Origin: a bacterium
GTDB lineage: Bacteria; UBA8248
DNA length: 29,852 nt
NCBI GenBank assembly: GCA_965213685.1
Contig: CBDBZY010000065.1
Span: 1 to 29,852, forward strand
Direction: 5' to 3'
Position numbers and translations under genes: made by a program. Numbering within the stretch: the first letter of the stretch is position 1; each line of letters opens with the position of its first letter. The notes beneath the pieces were generated by a model. It worked only from the letters and a program-made list of their open reading frames with translations. It had not been told where the DNA came from and searched no databases. Shown here piece by piece: positions 1 through 27,719 of this stretch.

Positions 1-298
1 CCACATTTATGTAATACCCATAAATATTACTGGTATGTGTGTATGAATGTATGCATGTATAGGTTTGTGCGTATGAAAGTACATGTGTGTATATATATAT
101 ATATAGTGTTTTTTTATAATTATGATAGTATGTCTAGAGATTTGCTTGGATAAATACATGCATGTGTATGTATAGGTTTATATCTACATGTACAAGTTGT
201 GCAAAAATTTGAGGTCATAATGTGATGGTTGTTTAATGTAGTGTACAAAAGGTCAATCAGTTATTCAAAACAAGGAACAATAGTGAGTGGGTTCCAGT

Positions 299-5342
<5,044 letters not shown>

Positions 5343-5518
5343 GATGGGATTGCGGAGGACTTGCAGAAAGAAGCCTTCAGTGAAACGGGGCAGCAAATGG
5401 CAAGGAATTTAATGATGAGTAAGACCCTGCGACGCACGCGCAAATTAGGGCATGACGTCACTTAGTACCAAATTATAAACCGTGATCGGTGTCTTAGAGA
5501 CGTTGTGAGAAGTGAAGT
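5343..5518. promoter_or_regulatory. Putative bidirectional promoter MAP2K4 / CD225-1 with a full CRE (TGACGTCA, 5453-5460)
   Basis: 176 bp between divergent ATGs, CpG-rich, with a perfect CREB/ATF palindrome. Confidence 0.6.
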
Positions 5519-6591
<1,073 letters not shown>

Positions 6592-7059
6592 ACTACTGCC
6601 ACCAATGTGGCATATTTTGTATTCAGTCATTTTATCCTTGCTGTATGACTCAAGCTGATCTTATGTTTATGTGTGTGTCAGTAGTAGTAATTAGGACAAT
6701 AACAAGTGTATATATGACGTGTATATGATGTGCATATGTATGCAAAGCTAGCAATGATTGTTTCTCTCATGGAACCTTGGCGTATAATTACGCTAGCTAG
6801 TAGCCAGTTAGCATAGTAGCCATCTCTACCAAAGCCCGTCTGTTCATTATAGCTGGAGCTAAATTATTTTGGCCGATTTCATTATTTCTATATGCATCAT
6901 TATGGACACAACTGCAAGAGTGTTAACACATCCCATGACTTCGCGGTGCGTGGGAGTGGGGGGCGCATGATATGGCCGGCATGCGTCATGGCTGATGCAA
7001 CTATCACGAGACTATTTAGTTAATGTTAGTCCCCTTTGTGTTATTGTTTTTCACCAAAC

Positions 7060-8041
7060 ATGAGCACCAAGAAAGAGAAGGGTAAGATGTGAGAGTTAGA
7101 TTGAGAGGACGTTTTAAACTGTATACAAGAGTGTACGCAACCAGCAGCATCCTTACGCACTTCACGCAGCCCCTCTGCTGGATGGCGGTACGGCTCACTA
7201 CACGGCAGCCCCTCCTACAGTTGTGTACCAGCCAACTCAGTTTGAACCAGCTCCGCCTGACGACCAGCTGCTGATGTCTCTCTTCACCACCTTCTGCTGC
7301 TTTTGGCCCCTGGGAGTGTTCGCCATTATCAAGAGTATGGAGGTGAGAGCTGAGTGAGCCTTAGGAGCTCCATAACACCATCATGTGCCACGATGCATTC
7401 ACTCACCAGCCATTGCACTGCACAGTACTACCGCACAGACTTTGCTACTGATTGTAGACATCCATTTTTTGTAGACTTTGAGATAGCATTGGGACACGTC
7501 CAGCTGTTGAGTGTGCAAGTTGGTTCCTCTAGGTGATCTGAAGTCATGATGTTGGGAAGGTCAACTCTTCTTTCCAGAGCTCAACATGTGTCACGACAAA
7601 ACTGCATGTATAAATTGCCACCATAACCGACTGCCTATGGCAATAGAATAACAATGCTTATGTAGAGGGATGGAAGGTTTGGTAAAGGAGTGAGATGAGG
7701 GGTAACTTCACTCATGGCAGTTCCACGTGACCTTCATTTCCTTGTTCAGTGACAATTGCCTGTGTCCATGTCGAACACATGTATATTATACTGTGTCTTT
7801 TGCTCTCCATTCACTGAACACCTGATGTCTCCTTCCCCTGCAGGCCCGCTCAGCGTACCAGGCGGGTCGGTACCAGGAGGCAAGTGTTGCCACTCGCTCT
7901 GCCCGGACCTTCAACAAGCTGTCCATTCTCGTGGGGGTCATAATCCTTGTGATTGTGTTCCTCCTGCAGCTTGGCTGGATCATCCCCACTGCTGTATTTG
8001 CCGCTACTGCTGCTAAGAACAGTACCACCACAGACACATAA
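7060..8041 (+). CDS. CD225/dispanin family membrane protein, paralog 2 (~130 aa), close duplicate of paralog 1
   Basis: Exons 7060-7081, 7170-7342, 7844-8041. Protein MSTKKEKAPLLDGGTAHYTAAPP...PPDDQLLMSLFTTFCCFWPLGVFAIIKSME|ARSAYQAGRYQEASVATRSARTFNKLSILVGVIILVIVFLLQLGWII...KNSTTTDT. Same intron positions and phases as paralog 1. Confidence 0.88.
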
Positions 8042-8353
8042 ATTATGTACAATGTGTGTATTCTTGTTATGTGGGCTAAGCCCACTTTTACTTACTTTAA
8101 TAGAGGGTCTGTGGTTTATTGCATATGAAATGAATGATTGACCAGTCCAGAGTGTAAAGTGGTGTGACAAAGATTGACATCATGGGTCAGATCACAGGCT
8201 AGGAATGTGTGGGTGGGGCTGCCATTCCCACAGCTAAACGTTTCACAGTCCAGACCTGCTGCATACCGTACCTCATCACCAATGAATTACACACGCACCC
8301 CAAATGTGCACCCACCCCTCCCACCATTCTCCAGTCAGGAAAACTGGTAGCAT

Positions 8354-8411
8354 ATGTAGGTGAGCTTCATAATTATTAATTAATGTAGGTGAGCTTCATA
8401 ATTATTAATTT
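8354..8411. repeat. 29-bp tandem duplication
   Basis: atgtaggtgagcttcataattattaatt x2. Confidence 0.85.
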
Positions 8412-8453
8412 AATAATTAACAAATAATACACCATCATTAATACAAATAATGT

Positions 8454-8842
8454 ATGCATCAGTGGCTTTGAGTGGAGGATGATTTAGCTCATGAGCTGCA
8501 AGACAGCGATTAATCCAATTATTGTTCTTTGAAGAATGAAGTTCCTTGCTTTAGGCAAAATGGAGGTATTGTTTAAGTCTTTCCACTGCAGTTTGCTTAA
8601 TTTATATTTGTTTGTAGCAGATGTATCAGAATGGGGGCCCCCTTAACTTTCTTAGTTCAATTCAGTTACACAATTTCACTTTGATCATGTGCTATTAAAG
8701 TTGAAATCTGAACTGGGCTGGATAGTCAGTGAATAGCAGTGTAGCATCATGTATCTGGTGCTTGCTATATGTCCAGTGTACTGATGCATCAGTGGCTTTG
8801 GGTGGAGGATGATTTAGCTCACGAGCTGCAAGACAGCGATTA
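8454..8842. repeat. 59-bp dispersed direct repeat (8454-8512 and 8784-8842)
   Basis: atgcatcagtggctttg(a/g)gtggaggatgatttagctca(t/c)gagctgcaagacagcgatta, 2 mismatches, 330 bp apart. Confidence 0.9.
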
Positions 8843-11800
8843 TTGTTCATTGACAATACTCTTGGCTTCCTCTGGTTCTCTACCACCCAATGTAGGTTCA
8901 AGTCCAAAATGATGATGTGTATGATGGTGCTAATACAGATTGATCAGATCTGTAGGGAGAGAAAGATACAGCCAGATGATTACCCATACTGTCAATAGAG
9001 TGTGTAGCCTTGTAGGCTGCATGACAATGCATTGCACACTTCCACCATGAAGCAAAACTTATACACTACCCATACGCTACCCATTGTGATTATATACGCA
9101 CCTTCTTCACGGTCCCACACTAGCTGCAATTCCACCTCTTCCCTCAGTGGGACGCCAGGTAGCTCTGGTATGGTTCAGGTGACATCTGGCACCATGTGGT
9201 GTCAGTTGTTGGGAAGAACGGTGGCAGTGGAGCAGCTGCAGGGGAGACAGTCGCCTGGACTCTGTCCCTTCGCCAACCGAGGGCTTACGGGCTCCTGGAA
9301 CGACTGCCTCACCACTGCAGCTGCTGGCTTCCATGCTGTAGTGGAGCACAGCCCATGGAATCTGTAGTAGCAGAGAAACAAGAGAGATGGAGAAGGAGGA
9401 AAGGAAAGGGAGGAGGATGAGGTGAGTTAGGGAGTCTTGCTTGCAAGATTCTCTCTTTCCAGCATTGAAATATACACCAGCACAGTTAGCTGTACAAGAA
9501 CGATTTTGGGAAAAGTATACAGTGGACCCTTCAAATTTAATGAACAAATGAAGGGTACCAACTAATTTCTATCCACCAAGACACAGACACAGACAAACTC
9601 TCTACAAAGTGACTTACTAGCAGTCCCATCAGTTGTAGAGCACAGGATGGGACAGGGTCACCACAACAGCCCAAGATAGAGGGGTTAGGGCCCATGTGAT
9701 GTGCACTGATTGCTGTTTGGAAGAGAATCACAATGGAGGAAATGATGGGAACATTTAATAATTAACAAATAATCAGCTAAAATTCCATGAACACATTTAA
9801 TACCTGATCAACTTCCAGTGCTGAGCATTGGATGTGTTGTGTCACTGTCTGTCATCGTCATACAAAATTAAATGCAAAAATGAAACTTCAAAAGAAAAAA
9901 GGTAGTGTCTCTCCTCCCAAGCTCATTCTCATGCAGAAGGGCTGCTGTGCTTTGTGCCACGTATATAGAAAATCAAGACATGAAGCTTCCTCTCCCAAAC
10001 CCACCCACCAGCACGATGCTCTGGGGCACGACCTTGCCCCATGCTCTCCATGTAGTCACCTATAGCAGTCCACCCCACACTGAGCCAATGCCAGGCGCCT
10101 AATGCTCACCTCACCTCCTCTGGCTCCCCCCACACACCACACACAACACAGAGTGTCACCTCAACAACCCACCATGACCTTCCCAAGCAAGGTCAACTCC
10201 TCCCCTTCCCTCACAACATGCCACAATGTACACACTAGTATTTAGGTCATGTACTGAGCTGTAGGTGCATGTGGGAACATCAGAGCCTCTTGTCTGACCC
10301 ACCAACTCTAGCAACCTGCCCTGGACCAGCATAGAACAGTGGGAGAAGTGATGAGGCCTAGTCCTACAGCACCTCTGACAGAGGCAGTGTGGGGTGCTTT
10401 AGACTTGTGTCCACTCAACCCTGCTCCAGGGCTTGCCCTCACCTGGTCCATCCAGGCCAGCTCTGGATGGGCCGTTGTATGGGCAAGCCTCGCAACAGGC
10501 TGGCAAGTTGAGGGGTCCCAAGTGTGAAGTCACCTCTCACATGCATCTGTCATCAGTGCTTCCTATACCATTGGACTGGACATGTCTGCAGTTGAACAGC
10601 GTAAATGTCACATGTGTTGAAAAGCGTGGTTGAGGTAAATTTTATTTCGAGAAAATTCGCAAAGCATGAAAAATATTGTCAACTGCAAATATTTCCAGTC
10701 CAACAGCAAATGATTTACTTCACACCAAAGAGCTTCTCCCAGTGTTCACCAGTTCTGCTAGCACAGGGCAGGCCTCTAGTGAAAATGGCACAGGCAAAGA
10801 GGCTGCAATGTCCCCACACCTACTGTGATCAGGCTCCCCATTCCCAACCCTCACCTCCTCTCTTGCACTCATTCATACATGGTGGGTGGTCAGGGAGACA
10901 ATTAAGTGTCAGTGTATGTGGTGTATGAGGTGGAGCAGTGGGAGACTGAAACTAGAAACCAAACAATGGGCAGTGGCCAGTGTGGAATGTACCTAATTAA
11001 TATCCACAAGAAAGCACAATACCCTCCTTGCACACCACTGTAAACAACATGCATGAATACTTGAGTTTGTCTCTGTTGGCAAGCTGTGCTGGTGCTCTGC
11101 ACTTTAGTGACTGAATTTAAATGCTCCCAGTCCTATCACATGACACAAAACAGTGCAGCCCTTCTCCCCCACTCCCCTTCCCTTTCACTCACAAGCAAAA
11201 CAAAGAAAGCAAAAAAACAAAAACTCTGTCCATGTTAGTCAGTCGCATTGTTTACCACTTCATTGCAGTAACATCTGTGGAACAACTTCAAGCTTGTGGA
11301 AACTGCTGTGAAGAGAAAGAGAATAATGAACCCTGTCCTCTTATGATATAGTTTAAAGTACTCACAAGAATATAAACACGGAAGTTTCAGTTCACGCCAT
11401 AGTCACAGAGTTCCGTTGTTCACCGCTGCGGTGTAGCAACCTATGTGGAACCATAGATATTAGAGTGGTACGTCTAAGTATGGTGGAACAGCTTCAAGCT
11501 TGTGGGGGACTGCGAAGAGAAAGAGAACATTGTCAATCAGCACACGTCCATAGTTGTCGGTGGATGGACATATAGATTCTGTAACAGGACATTCACTGCA
11601 TGCAGCGCAGCTGCGTACATACCTTCCAATAGTTCCGTTCTACTTCAAGTTCGCCATGGCAGAGGAGTAGCTGGACACGGCCGGTGTCTGTCTGGTTGCC
11701 GCTGCGTACTTCATTCCTGCATTCAGATGTGCTGCGTTGTTGACGCTGATGGCGGGCAGGGCAGACGTGGGTAGGAGAGGTACATCATGCACGTTTCCGA

Positions 11801-11900
11801 GTCAGGTCAACTAGCCATAGGCCAGCAGTCACTTGTGAAGTACTATATAGTCCGCGGCGTTTTCTGCACTCCGTACGCGAAGGTCGTAGTACTGCCGTGC
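8700..11900 (-). ncRNA. Possible spliced non-coding or decayed transcription unit; boundaries approximate
   Basis: A series of good minus-strand splice sites (exon candidates ending 11623, starting 11509, 11305-11256, ending 9804, 9712-9618, 9361-9102, terminal from 8949) lies downstream of a CpG-rich patch. No coherent or recognisable ORF. Confidence 0.3.
11452..11482. mobile_element. 31-bp CATAGA...TATG mini-insertion with 7-bp TSD GTGGAAC
   Basis: TSD at 11445-11451 and 11483-11489. The paralogous segment at ~11265-11325 carries a single GTGGAAC (empty site). Confidence 0.75.
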
Positions 11901-12055
11901 GCATGGGGAGACCAGACTTCAGAGCGACTGGCCGTTGAGAGAATTAGCACAGACTGCGTGATTGACTCCCGAGGCCCAGAGTAGTCCGCGCCTCGCACAG
12001 CCTGTCTGCGCACATTGTGAACCGTTCACGCCTTTTGTATCGCAATGAAAATTAC

Positions 12056-12067
12056 TGCGCATGCGCG
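12056..12067. promoter_or_regulatory. NRF1-like motif (TGCGCATGCGCG) in CpG-rich promoter region
   Basis: Near-perfect match to TGCGCATGCGCA. A second copy, GCGCATGCGCA, lies at 14320-14330 upstream of paralog 4. Confidence 0.5.
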
Positions 12068-12413
12068 GATTTCTGGTTTCGCTCCACAAAGCTCTTTGCA
12101 TAGAGATATCCAAGTCTTTTAGGTTCAAGAAGAGCTGTGTAGATTACGTCTCAGTAGGTCGTAGATTACTCCATGAACTATATAACGCGAAGAGTGGGTC
12201 TTTCGCCAAAACACTCTCACTCAACCGTGGTATTCTGGGCTTAAGATACTCAAACGATACTTCTCGCTCAGTGCACGCACAAAGAGTACTGCAGTACTAC
12301 AAAGACAAGATGCTTCCCAGTCGTTATACCGGTAGATCTCAGCGCGCGCAGAGGTATGCTCACGCGATTAACAATGACGTTACAATGATGTCATAAGTAA
12401 AGTTGTCAAAAAT

Positions 12414-13753
<1,340 letters not shown>

Positions 13754-14100
13754 CTGATTAGTAGGCTGTTTCCTGTTGGCTTTTGGTGTGTTATATTGCT
13801 GTTGTATAACATTGTGTGGAGTAGTAGTATTTTTAACTGAATTATATTAATTTTGTACATGATAATGTTCTGATAATTCACTATTCTTGGCTGTGCATAT
13901 TTGCCCACTTTTTCACTGCTGTCTGCTTTTCCATAGCTTGTAAACAACAACTGCTAAGTTTTGTGTCCCCAAGTCTTGGCAGATGGCTTCCTGGCCCTGC
14001 CGGCTCCGTGGAGAAAATCCCGTGCGGTTTACTGAAATAACTGTGGCCGGATTGTCGCGTGAGCATGCATTCTTCTAGCTAGTTAGTACAGTCTAGCTAG

Positions 14101-14140
14101 CTCGCGCGCCAGCCCCTCACGTGAGGGGCTGGCGCGCGAG
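14101..14140. repeat. Perfect 40-bp palindrome
   Basis: ctcgcgcgccagcccctcac|gtgaggggctggcgcgcgag; the two halves are exact reverse complements. Confidence 0.95.
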
Positions 14141-14661
14141 ACTCCTGGCGCCTACGCGGACCTAGCGCCTGCAGAGAAAAAAACTCATGCGGTTGAATGT
14201 AGAACAAGCTATTTTATTACAAAATCCTTGCTTAATAGGTTGTCACTGCCGTTGTGCCAATGTTTTATTCCACTTGCCGAAGGATTTCGGAAGGTATATA
14301 ATGCGCGGAGGGAGGGGTAGCGCATGCGCAGATCGCGGAAGGTCTAGGAACCAGAGCTAGAGGGGAACAGTGTGCGGCTGGCAGAGACTAGCAGACTATT
14401 GACTACTAAGTGAGCGCTTTATCGTCGACTGTAAAAGCACAACAGATACGGTATTTTCTTTCACTACAGACACCTCTCGCTACGAGAATGGAGGAGCACG
14501 TGGAGCTCATGGAACGCGGAGAAGGCCGTCAGGAAAAGGTGAGATCGTGTAGTTGACCGACTACCGTAGATGATCAAGACTCACTCAAAGTAGTTGCTAG
14601 TAACTAGATAGTGTTGTAGCCTGATATACAACTGCAGCTTTGCAGCGCATGCTATAGCAGG

Positions 14662-14854
14662 CAGGGTTTCATCTACTGCGGGGGGAGAAGCTTCCCCCCC
14701 TAACTCTCCAACTTCCCCCCCAATTCTTCAACTACCCCCTCACAATATTCTAATTTAGAGTAGAAACCACACCTACTTTTCATTTCGTCATGCCCACCTT
14801 TCATTATAATGACCGAACGTCCCCCCCTGATAAAGTTTCCTAGATGAAACCATG
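14662..14854. mobile_element. Small TIR element (MITE-like) in intron 1 of paralog 4
   Basis: TIR CAGGGTTTCATCTA / TAGATGAAACCATG (13/14 match), flanked by the direct repeat GCAGG at 14657-14661 and 14855-14859. Confidence 0.65.
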
Positions 14855-14948
14855 GCAGGAGTGTGGGGGGGAACGTACTTTGAGTGAGGCTTGGGCCAAG
14901 AATGACACCTTTAGGTTGGCACTGCAGACTACAAAAGATGGAGTACAC

Positions 14949-14986
14949 CATAGATACTATACTGTCCGTAAGGTATAGCATCTATG
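14949..14986. mobile_element. 38-bp CATAGA...TCTATG mini-insertion with 7-bp TSD AGTACAC
   Basis: TIR CATAGATACTATAC / GTATAGCATCTATG (13/14). Perfect TSD at 14942-14948 and 14987-14993. Confidence 0.8.
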
Positions 14987-15176
14987 AGTACACCACACTC
15001 CACACCATGGTAAAAGGCTGTACATGTTCTGCATGTATCAAGACTTGTTGAGACATGTATATTGTACTACGGGAGAACTATTGAACAAGGCTGCCCAGTG
15101 CCTTACCATGGAGACCACATTGTTTGCCTCCACATTGTTTACCCTGTAATCTAGTTCCGTTTTTTTGCTGAATTGA

Positions 15177-15357
15177 CAGGGGCGGATACAGGGGGGTGCT
15201 GAAGAACCCCCCCTCTGGAAATTAATAACCACTACAAGCTAAGGGCCTAAGTTTAGCTTAGTGTGAATTTTCACACACTCCACATTTCGCACACTCCGTG
15301 TGTGCGACTAGCGACACACTCACCACCCCTCCTCTTAAAACTCTGGATCCACTCCTG
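15177..15357. mobile_element. Degenerate small TIR element (CAGGGGCGGAT.CAG-type ends)
   Basis: Left end CAGGGGCGGATACAG, right end CTGGATCCACTCCTG (12/15 reverse-complement match). No clean TSD. Confidence 0.5.
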
Positions 15358-16382
15358 GTTGATTATGTGCAGCTTGATGGCTTCTGGCAGACAATTATTG
15401 CCAGCTGTGCTACTAGCAATGGGAAACTTTCAGTTTTCAGCCACATTGAAACGAATCCTTTTGGTGGGGGAGGACTGTTAGTTATTGGTAAAAGAGTCAC
15501 ATGCCTTATTGTGTGAGCAACACACACACACACACACAACACACACACACACACACATGCACACACGCACACGCACACACCTGGTTCAGATAAAAGAGAT
15601 GCATCACCTCTCCCATCGTGCAGCGCCTGGCACCTGGTGGTGGCCAGCTCTGTTTACTATGATCTTTTGCTGTGCATGCCCCTGTAGTATCATTGGCCTG
15701 GTCATGGCCTACCAGGTGAGGAAATGTGACAAAGCAGTGTGTTCATCACATGTTATTTTGCTCTGCATACTTGCTGCTAAACGCATTACTTGTCACTAAG
15801 TGCATTGTGTAATGTTTCCAATTTTGTGAATCATTGAAATAGGCCGATGACCAGTACATGAAAGGTGATTATGAGGGATCCTATAAGTTATCCAGATGAG
15901 CTCGTTTCTGCACCAAGTGGTCCATTTTGTTGGGTACCATTTACACTATTCTCCTTATCATCATCATCGTGGTGAATATCTATGTTGTAAGAGAAAATGT
16001 TGCCGCTGCTGAGACAGCGATGGTGCAGCAACAGCAGCAACAGGAGCAGGTCCAACAGGCAATCACAATCATTCAGAAGGAGATACAACAATTGGCTGCA
16101 CTCCACCAGCAGCAGTGATTGCCATTGTAAATTTTCATGAACAGTTTTTGCTTACATGATATAACAGTGTACTTTTCCCTCATTATGACATTGTAAATAG
16201 GGTCATGCATGCTCATACAGGCAAGCTGCATTAATCTGTAATTGTGTGTTCAGAGGCAAAGTTTTTCTTCTGTGTAGGCAATCGTTTTAACAATACTATG
16301 GCATGGCCCGCCGTTCGCGGGAACTAGTACAAAAAATATTTAGACCCCCGCACCGATAACGTCATTATTAGTTTCTGGGAAG

Positions 16383-17143
16383 ATGGAGGAGCACGTAGCG
16401 CTCGTGCCGCCAGGAGAAGAGAAGCTAAAAGTGAGATAATCACTACTGAGCTGGTACATGTACTGCAACCTCGATGCTGGTACAATGTCCATGTCATGCC
16501 GTCCTGGCGTTCACGCAGGCGATGGCGGAGCTAGACCCCCTCCCCCGCCGTCCAGAGACCCACTGGTGGCCAGCGCTAGGGGCGATGATCCTGTGCTGCA
16601 TGCCCTGCGCCATCATAGCACTGATCACAGCCTACCAGGTGAGCAGAGAGTCTTGACAGAGGAGAATGGCGGCGCTACGGTCCCAGGCCGTGCCCAACCC
16701 TGTAGCCCCTTGCTGAGCTCAGTTGCCCTCAAGACTGGTCTGAAGACTAGCAAATTGGTCTGGGGGTGCTTAAGGGGGGGCTTGGTCTGCAAAATGCAAG
16801 GGGCTGGGTGGGGGCCTAGGGCATAGATACTCATTTGGGGTGGGTACTGAATATAGTATCTATGCCTGGGGGGGGGGGGCAAGTTGGTGGGTAAAGCATA
16901 GGCTCAGTCCTGACTTCAAGTGTTTGAATTCCACAGGCTGAGGACCGCTATGACATGGGAGACTACGAGGGCTCGGTGAAGCTTGCCAAGAGAGCGCAGC
17001 GCTGGATCATGTGGTCTGTGGCAGCAAAAGTTCTCTCTGTCACCATTCTTGGAATTGTTACTGCAATATACTGTGTGGTCCTCCTCAAAGTTGTGCATGA
17101 CTTCCAACTGAGTGAAGAGGAGATAGGGCCAGTCAGTCAGTAG
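16383..17143 (+). CDS. CD225/dispanin family membrane protein, paralog 5 (~124 aa), sister of paralog 4
   Basis: Exons 16383-16430, 16519-16638, 16937-17143. Protein MEEHVALVPPGEEKLK|AMAELDPLPRRPETHWWPALGAMILCCMPCAIIALITAYQ|AEDRYDMGDYEGSVKLAKRAQRWIMWSVAAKVLSVTILGIVTAIYCVVLL. Confidence 0.85.
16822..16864. mobile_element. 43-bp CATAGA...TCTATG mini-insertion with near-perfect 7-bp TSD
   Basis: TIR CATAGATACT / AGTATCTATG (10/10). Flanks CCTAGGG (16815-16821) and CCTGGGG (16865-16871). Confidence 0.75.
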
Positions 17144-17311
17144 GAATCTGTATCCAACTCGTGTAACAGTTTTGTTCTGCGTCATCCCCCGTATTTGTTG
17201 ATTTTAAATTTGTATCATGCGCAGACCGCGAACTGTTCTGCGCGAAATTAACGTAAGTATAATAGCAAGTACATTCCGTGCCGGGTATCACAGTGGAAAG
17301 AGTGAGCAGCG

Positions 17312-24941
<7,630 letters not shown>

Positions 24942-25314
24942 CCTCTTAACTACCCACTTATCTTACAGAGTACAGCAGTAGTACTAGTCCCAACACGTGC
25001 ACTTTCAGTATCATTTCCTTTGCCCTGTTTACTTGAAGCTTTGTTTATGCAACAGAATGAGCACTTACATCATCATATATAAGCTCTTTGAAAACATTAA
25101 ATTTGTGTAACTTACATGTACTGCTATATGCCATGTATTTATAATTATTGTGACACATTTTTACACACATACACTCACACTATCAATGTAAACAATACTC
25201 ACAAAACAATTGTGATTTTAATAGTACCACAATCATACGTATATATGCAATTATTGTTCAGTATTTCAAAAATGACTACAGTAGGTAGGGACAAGATACT
25301 GTGTGTGTGTGAAG

Positions 25315-27651
<2,337 letters not shown>

Positions 27652-27719
27652 CTCCTCAAGCTTCAACTGCCACGCCCACGTGGGGGTGTGGCTACTTGTA
27701 TTGGCGGGTGAATGGCGCG
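27652..27719. promoter_or_regulatory. 68-bp bidirectional spacer mLST8/POLD2 with E-box and E2F-like motifs
   Basis: CCCACGTGGG palindrome at 27675-27684, TTGGCGGG at 27701-27708, ATGGCG at 27712-27717. Confidence 0.55.

Larger units (their letters stand above)
14488..16118 (+). pseudogene. CD225/dispanin paralog 4 with in-frame TGA (15897-15899); null allele, recent pseudogene or sequence error
   Basis: Exons 14488-14538, 15590-15715, 15843-16118. Protein MEEHVELMERGEGRQEK|IKEMHHLSHRAAPGTWWWPALFTMIFCCACPCSIIGLVMAYQ|ADDQYMKGDYEGSYKLSR*ARFCTKWSILLGTIYTILLIIIIVVNIYVV...QQQ. Splice sites and the frame downstream of the stop are intact. Confidence 0.75.

Noticed and set aside
8187-8279. Minus-strand GTGATGA...CTGA pair resembling a C/D-box snoRNA
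   Set aside because: The terminal stem does not fit K-turn geometry and I recognised no rRNA-antisense guide. An Infernal/snoscan run would be needed.
9107-9547. 146-aa minus-strand ORF
   Set aside because: No recognisable motif; it includes an intron-like pyrimidine tract and does not join flanking exon candidates into a plausible protein.
16119-16382. Possible SECIS that would make TGA 15897 a selenocysteine
   Set aside because: No convincing ATGA-stem-AA-GA structure, and the TGA aligns with Arg rather than Cys.
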